Below are positions 39,768-53,693 of a stretch of 64,000 bases of DNA, in pieces. Source of the DNA: Octopus vulgaris. Its lineage: Eukaryota. The stretch lies in NCBI GenBank assembly GCA_951406725.2, contig OX597818.1:68262001-68326000 (forward strand), read 5' to 3'. The position numbers and the translations under genes are program-made. The number at the start of each line of letters is the position of its first letter. Position 1 is the first letter of the stretch. The notes under the pieces are model-generated. The model was not told where the DNA came from and did no database searches. It saw nothing but the letters and a program-made list of their open reading frames with translations.

Positions 39768-39772
39768 CATAA
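38384..39772. repeat. Near-perfect direct tandem duplication, ~695-bp unit x2
   Basis: Units 38384-39081 and 39082-39772; identical ORF translations at 38507 and 39201. Confidence 0.95.
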
Positions 39773-40021
39773 TGATGATGTTGACAGTAATAATGTACCT
39801 ATAGTAATTCCCAAACTGGCAAAAGCACCACACTCCTGCTTCCCTGCCCAATTCTTAGACAAATATGTTGACGTTCAAACCATTCTTTAATAAAGAGAAA
39901 ACAAAACAGATTTTGTCCTCACATCATTCTTCTCTCTTGAACAAATTTTAAAATCCTGGAATTTGTCTTAAATTTCTATTTGTCTGTTTGTCTTATGCCC
40001 GTTTTCTTTGCTAATATGGGT

Positions 40022-40330
40022 TAGAGCTGTTCTTCACTCCTGCTCCGGAGCGTCGGCTGCGGGGTCATTCCGAAAAGCTCTACCTGCAACGATTTCATCT
40101 CAATTGAAGGAGAGGAGCTTTCTCCGTCCGGGTTGCGGATCCGTGGAACAAGCTGCCAGACGAGATGGTGAAGATGCCGATGACCGCTTTGTTCAAAGCC
40201 TCCCTGGACCTCAAGTGGCCTGAACTCTTTACATGAACACCACCCTGTACTTAACTCCATGTCCCCCTACATGGCCTTGCAATTTGCTTTTGAGCCAAAT
40301 TAACTAACTAACTAACTAACTAACTAACTA
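40022..40330 (+). mobile_element. CR1-clade LINE 3' end with (TAAC)n tail
   Basis: LRGHSEKLYLQRFHLN*RRGAFSVRVADPWNKLPDEMV...FKASLD, the classic CR1 C-terminus. Confidence 0.9.
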
Positions 40331-40592
40331 GATAAATGAATATATTACTGGGGTATTGCTTTACAGCCTGATGGCCTTCTTATGGCTAACTCTTACCAGC
40401 TTTTTAAGTACAGCATTTCTTCTTTCAAACATCTTTGAGAATACCAAGTGAGTGAATGGTTTACCGAAAGGAGAGAGGACAACACCATCACTCGTTTTGA
40501 ATGTCTTTTGTGGAGTGCAAATGTAAGCAAATGCACTCGAACACACTGCACACATTCACATGTAGACATGCAAGTGTGTGGGAGGGGGTGAA

Positions 40593-40795
40593 GGTGCATG
40601 GCGTAGTGGTTAGGGAGTTGCACTCACAATAGCTAGATCATGGGTTTGATTCCCAGTCTAGGCAGCACAGTGTGTTCTTGAGCAAAACACATTGCTCCAG
40701 TCCCCTCAGCTGTGAATAGGTCCCCCTGCCATAGAGTAGCCTCCCATTGGCATGCAGGGTGGCATCATTTGAAAGTAAAAATGATGCAAAGCTGC
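40593..40795 (+). mobile_element. Third tRNA-derived SINE family (diverged)
   Basis: tggcgtagtggttag...gggtttgattccc...ttcttgagcaaaacac...ccagtcccctcagctg; related copies at 48825-49105 and 58438-58556. Confidence 0.65.
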
Positions 40796-40800
40796 ACATT

Positions 40801-41017
40801 ATCCTTTTCTACTCTAGGCACAAGGCCTGAAATTTTGGGGGAGGGGGCTAGTCGATTAGATCGGCTCCAGTATGCGACTGGTACTTAATTTATCGACCCC
40901 GAAAGGGTGAAAGGTAAAGTCGACCTCGGTGGAATTTGAACTCAGAACGTAATGGCAGATGAAATACCACTAAGCATTTTGCCCGACATGCTAAAGTTTC
41001 TGCCAGCTTTCCGCCTT
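40801..41017 (-). mobile_element. Meta-domain SINE
   Basis: ctggtacttaatttatcgaccccgaaaggg...gtcgacctcgg...ctgccagctttccgcc. Confidence 0.9.
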
Positions 41018-41309
41018 CAAAGCTGTAGTGAATAAAATTGCTTGTTATTCTGACCGAAATAGCAACTGAAAGAATTTCATTGAAATCCGTTTGATACAGT
41101 CTCCATACACGTTAAGAACATGTTTCCTTCTTTGATGCAGATCATACACAAATCACAATTTGTATCAAGTATTTCTTTTATACCCTTTTAAATTAAGGGT
41201 CAGTTTAAATGGATGATCGGCATGAATGGGTTAATCAGAAATCAGTTTGGGCTCACCAAATTATAGATGGTGAATTGCAAAGCCTGCCCCCCTACTTCAG
41301 TCTTTTTAT

Positions 41310-41680
41310 GTACACCAAGTCATTGTCATGGCCGATGACAGTACCGCCTAATTGGCAACCATGCCAGTGGCACGTAAAAAGCACCATTCGAGTGTGGTCG
41401 TTGCCAGTGCTGCCTGACTGGCTCCAACGCCTGTGGCACGTGAAAAGCACCATCCAAGCATGGCTGATGTTAGTACTGCCTGATTGGACCTCATGCAGGT
41501 GGCGTGTAAAAGGCACCCACTACACTCTCAGAGTGGTTGGCATTAGGAAAAGCATCCAGCTGTAGAAACATTGCCAGATCAGATTGGAGCCTGGTGCAGC
41601 CTTCTGGCTCGCCAGCCCTCAGTCAAACCATCCAACCCATACCAACACGGAAAGCAGACATTAAATGACGACAACAATGA
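41310..41680 (+). mobile_element. RTE 3' UTR/tail
   Basis: Repeated tggcacgtaaaaagcacc units, then gagtggttggcattagg... Confidence 0.85.
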
Positions 41681-41708
41681 TGTTGTTGATGATGATGATG
41701 ATGATGAT

Positions 41709-41739
<31 letters not shown>

Positions 41740-41818
41740 AGGAGGAGGAGGAGGTGGTGGAGGAGGAGGAGGTGGTGGAGGAGGAGGAGGTGGAAGAGGA
41801 GGGGGAGGAGGAGGATGG

Positions 41819-41850
<32 letters not shown>

Positions 41851-43304
41851 GGAATAGGTGACAACATTTTTTCAGGTTAAATAAACTAATACAAACATGT
41901 AAGTTTCTTGGCTTTCTTGAGGTTAGACTCGTTAATTATGACCTGAAGAAATGAGACCAATTAAGTAACACTTCAAAGATATTAAGCATTTTCATTCAAC
42001 TTATTGGAATTCTGGTGAAGAGAAATTTATTTTGTCGTCCATAATTGAGTCTGAAATTTTCAAAGTTTGGTGTCTTATATATATATGAGAGGCTGTAGGC
42101 TAAACGAAACCACAGTCACAGAGACACTGTTACAATGGCTTCAATATACACACACACAAACATTTAAGTGTGTGTGTAAGTGTGTGTGTGTGTGTGTGTG
42201 CGAATTTATCCATGGAGGCAGCAGTTTCAATTCCTGGGCCAGGTGATGGCTTTTATTCTTGAGCAAAAAACACTTCATTTTACATTGCACCATTCCATAC
42301 AGCAGAAACAAGCAATCCTCTGATGGCCCAGAATCCCTTCCAGACAGGGAATATACAGGCCACAGAATCTGTGAAACCAGCCTTGTCAGCCAAAGGTTTG
42401 AGAAGGACATTTGATCGTTTTGGCTATATTTATTAAAATATATCTGTCTGTCTATCTATTTATCCATCTATCTAACTACTTACCTATCTATTTATCTATT
42501 GATCTATGTATATATTTTTGTGTGTGTATATATATATATATATGAAATTTAGGTTAGTTGAAAGGTGTTTGTGTTCTTCTAACTTCTGAAAAGCTAATTC
42601 ACTGTTGCTACCATGAAGGAGAAATTCTCTTTTGTGACAAAAGGAGTAAAAACAACATCTCTACCCAGTACCCTAACCCTGTACTGAATTCCCAGACATG
42701 TGCTTCTGGCTCTTTTGAAAAAAAGAACATTTTATAACCATTGCATAACCTCTAGCAGTAATGAAGAAAAAAAAGAAAACAGACATAAAACGATGATGAC
42801 AACGACAACGACGATGACGATGATGACGATGATGATGATGCTGATGATGATGATGACGATATTATCAATTAAGGTCAACATTATTTCTGCTTTGTCTTGG
42901 TTGTTAAATGCATGACCCGGCAGTGTTAGTCACAGGAGAAAAGAAAGCACCTCTGGAGGTGAACAGAAATGCTGTACGATGGTTCACCTAAACCACACTG
43001 AAATTGTGATGGCTGCCCTAAGAGGTAGCCATCATTGCCTAAATCTCTTGACAAGGATGTGAGCCCCAGGAAGGATGGAGAAATCACATCCAAACCAATC
43101 TGCTCCTTTTTAAGAGGAAAATCAAGTGAAGACATTACTCAGATTTATGTAGCAGTCAGACATTTTCATAAATATATGCATGTGTGTGTGTGTGTATTTG
43201 TATATGTATATATGTATATATATATATATACATACACATATATATTTATACACACATATATATATGTGTGTGTGTGTGTGTGTATAAATATATATATACT
43301 TACT

Positions 43305-43493
43305 TTTACTTTTACTTGTTTCAGTCATTTGACCGTGGCCATGCTGGAGCACCGCCTTTAGTCGAGCAAATCGACCTTGAGATTCATTCTTTGTAAGCCC
43401 AGTACTTATTCTATCGGTCTCTTTTTGCCGAACCACTAAACACATCAGCATCGGTTGTCAAGCAATGCTAGGGGGACAAACACAGACACACAA

Positions 43494-43526
<33 letters not shown>

Positions 43527-43812
43527 CATATATACGACAGGCTTCTTTCAGTTTCCGTCTGCCAAATCCACTCACAAGGCATTGGTCGGCCCGGGGCTAT
43601 AGCAGAAGACACTTACCACACAGCCACTCAAGTACCTATATATATATACGACAGGCTTCTTTCAGTTTCCGTCTGCCAAATCCACTCACAAGGCATTAGT
43701 AGGCCCAGAACTATAGCAGAAGACACTTGCCCAAGATGCCACACAGTGGGACTGAACCCGGAACCATGTGGTTGGTTAGCAAGCTACTTACCACATAGCC
43801 ACTCCTGTGCCT
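43305..43812 (-). mobile_element. CORE-like SINE with internal partial tandem duplication
   Basis: tatacgacaggcttctttcagtttccgtctgccaaatcc occurs at 43531 and ~43645. Confidence 0.85.
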
Positions 43813-44431
43813 ATATATATATATATATATACATACATACATATATGCATATATGTATGTATGTATACGTATATGTATATATGTAAATGTATCTATATAC
43901 ATATGAATACAGACACGTAGGCATATTTGAATTCATATAATTAATCAACCTCATCATTGTTATCATGATCATCATCACTTTAAGTAAAATAATATAAAAA
44001 AGAAAGACACATCACATATTAACATTAGATATATTCAAGTCAAAATTTATTGCAAAGTTGAATCTGCATTTGGAAATAAATTGATAAATCTTAACACTTC
44101 AAACGTCGATGCAAAATTTTATATTCTCCGTTGTTACAACTAATTTCAAACTGAATATTGCTTTCTAATAATATAATTAGGACAACAATTGATTGGTTTG
44201 ATAACAATTGTTGAATCTTCAGACGTGGAGCTTTATAATCGTCATTGCACTAATCGTGCACTCGCTACTATCCGTGTTTGTTTTAATGTGTCAAGCTAGA
44301 ATGCCAACTGCAGCATCGACGCCGAAGTGTTCCGCAATCATAAACATCAAAGCATAGCATAAATGTAGCATGGCTCAGTGGTTAGGCATGTTGCTCTCTC
44401 AATCTCAAGATTGTGATTTCGATTCTCAGAC

Positions 44432-44643
44432 TACTTTGAAGAGGAAAGAAGAAGAGAAATGACAAGAAAGAAAATGGAGGCTGCAACAACCGAAAGCCTC
44501 TTCCACGGATCTCTCGGGAACTTTGCAACAGACACTTCCATGCAAGAATCGGCCTCATTAATCATCAGATGCACAGACAGAGTGGATGAAGTGGCCAAGA
44601 AAAAAACCAAATAAATCATCAGACACATGAAAAAACGATGATG

Positions 44644-44645
<2 letters not shown>
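44432..44645 (+). mobile_element. RTE (BovB-like) C-terminal zinc-finger fragment
   Basis: FEEERRR...CNRHFHARIGLINH. Confidence 0.6.
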
Positions 44646-44676
<31 letters not shown>

Positions 44677-44679
<3 letters not shown>

Positions 44680-45066
44680 TGCAGGAGTGTCTGTGTGGTA
44701 AGTAGCTTGCTAACCAACCACATGGTTCCGGGTTCAGTCCCACTGTGTGGCATCTTGGGCAAGTGTCTTCTGCTATAGCCCCGGGCCGACCGATGCCTTG
44801 TGAGTGGATTTGGTAGACGGAAACTGAAAGAAGCCTGTCGTATATATGTATATATATGTGTGTGTGTGTTTGTATGTCTGTGTTTGTCCCCCTAGCATTG
44901 CTTGACAACCGATGTTGGTGTGTTTACGTCCCCATCACTTAGCGGTTCAGCAAAAGAGTCCAATAGAATAAGTACTGGGCTTACAAAGAATAAGTCCCAG
45001 GGTCGATTTGCTCGACTAAAGGCGGTGCTCCAGCATGGCCGCAGTCAAATGACTGAAACAAGTAAA
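44677..45066 (+). mobile_element. Full-length CORE-like tRNA SINE
   Basis: Same family as 15640; ends gactgaaacaagtaaaa. Confidence 0.9.
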
Positions 45067-45989
45067 ATAGTAAATAGTAAATAGTAATATATATATATGT
45101 ATGTATATGTATGTATATGTATGTATATGTATAAGTATGTATATGTATATGATGTGTGGTGAATTCATGGAAAGAATTCCCATAAAACTCATCAATGGAG
45201 TCGCAGCAACTCCATCTAAGAATATCCGAAGAAGGAATTTTATTCCAAAATATCATCAGACTGGGGATGACTAAATAACAACAGGTGTATAGCCCATTGT
45301 CTGTATTACGGTGCATTGTGGTACCATTCAAAACTTTTTATTCTTCACATATATGTATGTGTGTGTGTGCGTGTGTGTGTGTACGTTTGATCTGTGTGAC
45401 AGGATCCAATGGTCCCAAAGTGCGCGTTCTGCTCTAATGTCTGTTTTGACCTATTTCCACAGCTGGGTGTCCTTTCTAACACCAACCCCTTTGCAGTATG
45501 TACATGGGGGTTTTATTTCAGGCCACCAGCTCTGGTGAGATTACTATGCAGCTTGGAAGAGTTCAAACCCTGAGAAAGTCATCTTGTGCTAGGAGAAGTG
45601 GGGTTAAGCTGTGAGAGAAGGGGTCAGAATAGAATAAGTTTCTTACTGTGGGAAACCTTCATAACAACTCACATTTTACAAGAGAGGGTGGGGACGATGA
45701 GATTGGAGCTGGGAAGTGATAGAAATAGAAGTGATGTGGGGGTCTCAATGGTCCCTCATAGTAGGAGGTGAGAGGAAGTGAGTGGGGACAAAAGAAAAGG
45801 TAGATTGGGTGGGTAGAGGCTGCAAGAATGTCTGGGGTGAGTGAGATATGTCCCCCTGTCTGAGGGTTAAACATGAATAAACCACTGCAGATGGCAAGAG
45901 GAAACCATTGATGTATTTAACAGAAGAAAAATCATGGATTTTCAGATTTTGCACATAGAGGTCAACAATTGTTAAAACCATCAAGCATG

Positions 45990-46340
45990 GCATGTAGAAA
46001 AAGGAAAAGAGAGAGAGAGGTAAGAAACTGTCAAGAGGGCTGAACCAAAGAAGGTCTTCAGAGAAGAACAACTTCTCGGTCAAATGTTTTAGCCTTTGAC
46101 TTCTTACCCTCCAAGAGCGCTGGGCCACATCGAGGTCATAACCCCTGGGTACCCTTCTGCTGACATTTTTAACCACTTGAATATCAGAGACTTGTACATT
46201 AAAAGCGCTTGGAGATGCCATCTTGTTAGACCTCCTCTCTGTTGACTCAGCTTTCAAGTTTATGCTTAAAGAAGAAATAACATTTGTTGCCATGGTAGCC
46301 ATAAAATGTTGGTGCTATCATAATGACTCACTCAGAGTTA
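45990..46340 (-). mobile_element. Possible LINE 5' end/ORF1 N-terminal relic
   Basis: ORF MATMATNV...KMASPSAFNVQ...LTEKLFF without exon signals; resembles L1/Tx1-type ORF1 starts (inference). Confidence 0.3.
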
Positions 46341-46384
46341 CTTCCCTTACAATGCAAAAATTGCCTTCAAACAGTATGAAAGTC

Positions 46385-46532
46385 ATTTTTGTTCCTCCTT
46401 GACCGGATCCCACTGGAACACCTCTCTGCTCTCTCTGATATTGCCTCCTAGGATTTTGGTCCTGTTCTTCCCAGTCATTGAAAGTCGTTTTATTAAATCA
46501 TAAGCAGATTTGTCCACAGAACCTCTGGCTCC
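46385..46532 (-). mobile_element. REL-endonuclease LINE C-terminal fragment (HERO/NeSL-like)
   Basis: GARGSVDKSAYDLIKRL...AISE.AE..S..I matches the EVG.RGF...AE..S.WIW tail motif. Confidence 0.55.
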
Positions 46533-46747
46533 AAACGTTAGCACGCTGGGCGAAATGCTTAGCTGTATTTCGTCTGCCACTACATTCTGAGTTCAAATTC
46601 CGCCGAGGTCGACTTTGCCTTTCATCCTTTCGGGGTCGATAAATTAAGTACCAGTTACGCACTGGGATCGATGTAATCGACTTAATCTGTTTGTCTGTCC
46701 TTGTTTGTCCCCTCTGTGTTTAGCCCCTTGTGGGTAGTAAAGAAACA
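46533..46747 (+). mobile_element. Meta-domain SINE
   Basis: gagttcaaattccgccgaggtcgactttgcctttcatcctttcggggtcgataaattaagtaccagtt. Confidence 0.9.
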
Positions 46748-47294
46748 TATTATGCCCAACATTCTATGTCATTCAATTCTCAAAGACCTGGGAATGATGA
46801 TTCTTGATATCCAAACTTATTCCTCTATGAGCCAACAAAACAGGTCCAATACTGTCAGGCAATTTGCTAGAAATAGCAGCCGAATATTCCTCATATAACA
46901 CCTACACTTTAAAATGAGAAATAGGGAAAACTGACATCTTGCTTTAATTTAAGAAAAATTATACCTGTGATATCCGTGGGAAGGAAACCTCAAATATAGT
47001 TTCTTCGGCGATTAAAAACAGAAAATAAATTTTCCTCAAACTCCAGAATATATTTTATGTTTTATATTTTACTTGTTTTAGTCATTAGGTTGCGGCCATG
47101 CTGGGGCACCACCTTGAGGAATTTTCAGTTAAATGAATCAATCCCAGTGAATATTTGTAAGCATGGTACTTATTCTGTTTGACTCTTTTGCTGAACTGCT
47201 AAGTCACATGGACGTAAACATACCTACACCTGCTATCAAGTGATGATGAAGAGGATCACTAGCACAAACACACACACACACACATATATATATA

Positions 47295-48017
47295 CCAGGA
47301 AGACCTGGGATGAGGTGGTGAAGCATGACCGTCAAACTTTGGGCCTCACCAAGTCAATGACTAGTGACCGGGACCTCTGGAAATATGCTGTGCTTGAGAA
47401 GACTCGGCCAGTGCAAGCGAGAACTTAACCTTTTGGCCTATGCCTGAGGTGCAACCTGTCCACCTATGCATGCCTTTGCTGCATTGGACACTAAACTCTG
47501 CTTGCAAAGACCTGTTGAGGCAAGTGAAATCGAAATCGAAATCAAATACAATAACTGGCATCCGTGTTAGTGGAGCGCTAAGATTACCATACGAGTGAGA
47601 TCGTTGCCAGAGCAACAAGCTGACCTCTGAGCCGATGGCAGGTAAAAAGATTGTTCAAGCATGATCGTTACTTGCGTCACCTTACTGGCACATGTGCTGG
47701 TGGCACGTGTAAAAACATTTGAGCAAGGTCGTTGCCAGTGCTGCTGGACTGGCTCCTGCGCAGGTGGCACATAAAAAGCACCATTTGAGTGTGGCTGTTG
47801 CCACTACCACCTAACTGGCCCTCGTGCCGGTGGCACGTAAAAGATCCCACTACACTCTCGGAGTGGTTGGCGTTAGGAAGGGCACCCAGTTGTAGAAACT
47901 CTGCCAGATCAGATTGGAGTGTGGTGCAGCCATCTGGTTCACCAGACCTCTGTCAAATCGTCCAACCCATGCTAGCATGGAAAGCAGACGTTAAACGATG
48001 ATGATGATGATGATGAT
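47295..48017 (+). mobile_element. RTE LINE 3' end
   Basis: RKTWDEVVKHD...DRDLWKYAVLEK plus repeat-containing 3' UTR and (GAT)n. Confidence 0.9.
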
Positions 48018-49104
48018 ATACAACAGGCTTCTTTCTGTTTCTGTCTACCAAATCCAATCACAAGACTTTGCTTGGTCAACACTATAGAAGAAATCCCTTG
48101 CTGAAGATACCATATAGTGGGACGGAACCCAGAAGCATGTGGTTACAGAGCAAGCTTCTTACCACACAGCCACACCTGTGCCAGTCTTACATAAGACAAA
48201 ATGTTCTCAGCAGGAATGTTTTGATTCCAGTAAGAACCAAACTTGTATTTCCTTCAAATGTCTACAGAAAGAACCAAACTCTGCTTGGCAAGTTGAATTA
48301 AGTACAGGACATCACATTTATTTAAGTTGGAGTTAAAAGTTAAGTATCTTGGAGATGGAAACACAGAAATATGAAGTTATCAGAAAACAAGCTATTAACC
48401 CTTAGGCAAGTTCTTTGGTATCTACTAAATAATCAATATTCACTTCTCAACAACAGCATTTATTTCTCAAAAATTACATTCTGAACTTAATATAAACTTT
48501 ATACTCCATACCATCTTATATTCTACAGAAAATGGTATTTCTTCTTCGAGAAGTCCTTTATTGGTTTCTGCCATTACAGTGTGGCCATGCTGCTTTACAG
48601 CCTTCTGGGGCTTTTACTGCTTCTGTTGACACTTACCATTTATCTGCTGCCGATTTTGTCATTCTCATAATATTTGGAATACAAAATAAACACTGCTTTA
48701 ACGAAACAATATCCACTTGGACATAATTTCCACAAGGAATTTCTGTTTCAATGTATCAGGTTATACTCCACTTTGATATACATACAAACGTGTGTGTGTG
48801 TGGTGTGTATGTGTGTGTGTGTGTGTGGTCTAATGGTTATGACATTGCACTCACAATCGCTAGGTCATGTGTTCAATTCCCAGATCCATTAAATGTTCCT
48901 GAGCAAAATATTTCTTTTCACAATGTTCCAGTTCACTCACATGCAACAGGTAACCCTGTGACGGAATAACCTTTTGATCAGGGGGAATGTTGGTCAGCTC
49001 ACCTTTCCAGCAGGGTAGCATCATTTGAAAGGTAAAACAATGCAAAGCACATTGTAACTAGTGATGTATAACAACATCCGATAGGTTGGCCAATATTGTG
49101 ATAG

Positions 49105-49148
<44 letters not shown>

Positions 49149-49653
49149 AGGTGTGTTCTGTTAAGAATGTATCAGAGTACAAATAGAGCTCATTCACCCT
49201 TAGAATTCCAAAATAGCCGGTAGTATTCTTATGGTGTGCTACCAATTCTAGTCTTAGGTATTCCTTGTGTGTGAAAATAAAAAGGAAAAAGTAAAAAGAT
49301 GTGCAGAATAATATGTTGAAACTGAATAAACAGACAACGAGGACATTGCAGCTCATGTCAAACATGATAACAGACTCATACAAAGGGAATTGAAACTGTC
49401 AGTGTTTGTTGGTTTCAAAGAAGAAGCCATGGATGTTGTAGCATGGAAATCTAGATTTACTTACGGAGACAGAAGATACATACAGATCTTCTTATACATG
49501 TAAGTTGTGACATAATTTCATTTGAATTTAACTTTAAATCCTATATGTACAAGGATGTGCATGCATCGAAACATTTGTAGTGATTAAAAAGCTGCCTAAC
49601 CATACTTACTCTTCCTTTTGACTCTTTTGCTTTTTACTTCTGATGTATATATA

Positions 49654-49772
<119 letters not shown>

Positions 49773-49953
49773 TATCTGGTCATTAAGAATGAAATGTCCG
49801 ATTTTCTTCTGCCTCCCAGTTTGACAGTCGTTAACTCTAATGTCTTATCCTGACAATTCTTGAAGAGTTAGACTCACTCACAAGGGACTAAGTAGATAAC
49901 ACTTGCTCAAATTTCCACACAGTGGGAGGGAACTGAGAACCATGTGATATATA

Positions 49954-50039
<86 letters not shown>

Positions 50040-50049
50040 CCACCATTTT

Positions 50050-50970
50050 CATTTAACATCCATGTTCCACACTGGCATAGGTTAGATGGTTTGACTGAAA
50101 ACTTGTAAGATTAGGAGCTGCACCAAGTTCTAATCAGATTTGGTATGGTTTCTACAGCTGGATGCCCTTCCTAACGCCAACAATTCCAAGAGTAACTGCC
50201 TCCATGTGGCCCAACATTTAAATGATGCTTTTTACATTCCATCAGCACAGGTACCAATTACGCAACTCTGGCATCAGTCACAACTGTGATTTTAGTTAGC
50301 TTGAGGGCTCCTCTCAAGCATAGCATATCGCCAAAGGTCTTGCTCACTTCTCATTGCCTCCATCAGGTCCAACGTTCAAAGATCATGCTTCAGCACCTCA
50401 TTCCATGTCTTCCTAGGTCTACCTCTTCTACAGGTTCCCTCCACCTTTAGAGTGCGGCACTTCTTCAAACATCTGTTCTCGTCCCTATATATCACATGCC
50501 CAGTCTAGTGCTGCCATCTCTCTTGTGCACCACATGTTTGGCCTCTTATGCCAAATTATTCTCTCAAGATGCTTACACTCTGTCATCCATTGCACATCCA
50601 GTGAAGCATATCAGCTTAATTTCTTTGAAGCCTTTGCTTATCCTTGGCAGTCACACCCCATGTTTCATTACCATGTAGCATGGCTGTTTGTACCCCCAAG
50701 CATCATTCAGTCTGCCTTGCATTCTGGGGCAGAGGCCCTTTGTTACCAACAGAATTAAGAGGTCTCTGAACTGTGCCCAGTCTATTCTTATTCTAGCAAC
50801 TCTGCCCTCAGAACATCCTCCCCAACCACTGATTTGGTTACCTAGGTAACCGAAACTATCAACTGCTTCTAGTTTTCCCTGCTGGTATTTGATGAAGTCC
50901 ATTTTCTGTACATTTTTAATGTTAATTGTACCTGTGCACCTTCCACACACAAAAACTATTTCCCTTGTCA
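50050..50970 (-). mobile_element. RTE LINE 3' portion, decayed
   Basis: KLEAVDSFGYLG...ARIRIDW..FRDL...KGL...GRL; GRGRPRKTW; RTE tail. Confidence 0.85.
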
Positions 50971-50976
50971 ACCTTC

Positions 50977-51009
<33 letters not shown>

Positions 51010-52164
51010 TTCTTTATTTCCCACAGGGGGCTAAACACAGAGGGGACAAACAAGGACAGACAGATGGATTAAGTCGATTATATCGACCCCAGTGCATAAC
51101 TGGTACTTAATTTATTGACCCCGAAAGGATGAAAGGCAGACATTAAACAATGATGATGATGATGATGATGACGACGACGACGGTGATGATGATGATGATG
51201 AGGATGATGATGATGATGATTATAGTGGAAGAGAGAAAGAGAAAGAGAGAACAGTTTTCGGCAGTTTCCATCTACCAAGTTCCATTTAGAAGATATTCTT
51301 CAACCAAAACAATAGTAAGAAACAATGAATGGCCAAAAATGCCATTTGGTGAGATTGAACCCCAAATCACATAATTGCAAAGCAAACTCCAAGGCCACAC
51401 AAACATTGCTGCACCTCTGCCTCAAATTTTAATTTGTCAAAGGACAAAGCTTGTATTCCTGCTGCTCAAATCTCCAGTCATGATACACAACTTGGTAGTT
51501 ACAGACACAATTAAAAACCATTGCGTAAGTATTGCTACTAACAAGACTTTCTCTCATTTCAACAATAAATTCAAAATATAATGCAACCCTGCAGGAGATT
51601 CCACCGTAATTGGTCAATTTACTAACAGTCTTCTAAATGATAGAATCAAATATTTGAAGTCTTAAATTTCCAGATAATGTACGTAGAGCAAAAATTATAA
51701 AAATAAAGCCTGTATCATATGACATGGAAAAAATATCATTAAACAAGTCTTTGATTGGTAATTGCCATGTTAGAAGTCATCCACAAACGAGTTGACCAAG
51801 ACTTCTCGAATACTAATAAGACATCAATCAAGTTTACATTTTTCTTCTTCAGAAGCAAAAGAAAAACAAAAACCAATTGATCATTCCATTCAAAACATTG
51901 ACAAATAGAAATAGTAAATGAGAAGAAATGGTTTAACGAATTACATTAACATCAATCTTAATCAACAACAATATGATAGCCAATCGCATTTTAAACATAT
52001 AAATTTTTCTCCATGTCTTTCTTGGAAACAGCTGAAAATGTTCGATATTTTTCTCAGAGAGTCTGTTACACTGTAATTAATTAGACACTGTAATGAGGAC
52101 AAAGGAACTATGAAAGAAGAGAAACGTCTGAGGTTAACCCCAATAGAAGTTTAGAAATATTGTC

Positions 52165-52308
52165 GTGCTGTCGTCGTCATCATCATCGTCGTCGTCGTCA
52201 TCATCATCATCATCATCATCATCGTCGTCGTCGTCATCGTCATCGTCATCGGCATCGTCACAACATCATCATCATCGTTATCAACATCACCATCTTCATC
52301 ATCGTCAC

Positions 52309-52363
<55 letters not shown>

Positions 52364-52420
52364 GTTATCGTCATCGTCATCGTTATTGCCATCTTTGTTT
52401 TCATCAGTTTCATTGTCAAC

Positions 52421-52477
<57 letters not shown>

Positions 52478-52745
52478 GTTATCGTCATCGTCACTAACGT
52501 TATTGCCATCTTTGTTTTCATCAGTGTCATTGTCAACATCATCATCATCACCATCATCATCATCATCTTCAAAATAATCATTTCTGTCATTTTTGTCTTT
52601 ATCATTAACATTGTCATTGTCATTGTACTTGTCATCACCATCATCATCGTCATCGTTGTCGATCATCACTATCATCATCATCATCATCGTCGTCATCATC
52701 ATCATCATCATCATCATCTTCATGATTGTCATCATTGTCATTCGC
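52165..52745. repeat. Long (CAT/CGT)n microsatellite with ~120-bp internal duplication
   Basis: Directly visible; gttattgccatctttgttttcatcagt occurs twice. Confidence 0.9.
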
Positions 52746-53466
52746 ATTCATTGTCGCCATTTTTCAATTTCCATCTACCAAATCCATTCAAAGGTCTTTG
52801 TGGCCCACAACCCTGAAGGAAGGCACCTGCCCAAGGTACCATGCAGTGGGACTGAGCTTTGAGGCTTAATCTTTGGAAAGTAAGCTTCCTAACCATTCAG
52901 CTTTGCCTGTGGATCAGCAAGGTGGCTGAGTGGAGGGCTAAGGGACGTTTATGTAAGGATTACTGCTGAAAGAGACTGAAGAATGTAGATAACAAGAGAA
53001 CCTCTTGGAGCCAATCAACCTTGAAGCAATACAAATATTTCTAGGGGTTTATGAGTTCATTCATTTTCTTTTTGCTCTTTTGTTATCCTAATTTCACTGA
53101 AATACGCTGTCTTTGCTGTAAATCATTTTTAGTATTGGTGGAAGATGCAGTAAAATAAATTTGAAATTATTAAGCTACTCTTTGAAACATTATTTTGTTC
53201 CAGAGTTTGGCACAAGGTTAGCACTTTCAAGCCAGGGACTATTATTATAACCAATCACAGTACGCAACTGGTACTTATCTTGAACCATATACTGAAAGCA
53301 TGAAAGGCAAAGTCAACCTTGGTGGAATTTGAACTCAGAACACAAAGATTGCTGAAATGCCGAAAAGCATTTAGCCCCATGAGCTAATGATTCTATCAGT
53401 TCACTGCCATTCAGTGGAACATAAATTAAAATGAGTTTTTGATGGAAGGTTTTCACTAAGATCACT

Positions 53467-53693
53467 TTAACCCTTTCATTACCATATTTTCTGTTGAGAT
53501 GCTCTATGCTTCTTTCAATTAATTTTAAATATAACAAGGAATTTAGTAAGATAACTTGATAATCATTAAGCTAGTGTTAGGAACATAAATTGGGACTAAG
53601 GATTGGTGGAAGAATTTAATTCAGAACTTTTGAAAACTAGCCATTTGTGCTAGCCAGATGAGGTTTCAGCCAGGTTGGTATCAAAAGGGTTAA
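53467..53693. mobile_element. piggyBac-type MITE
   Basis: TTAA|ccctttcattacc ... ggtatcaaaaggg|TTAA; related fragments at 55400-55760. Confidence 0.75.
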
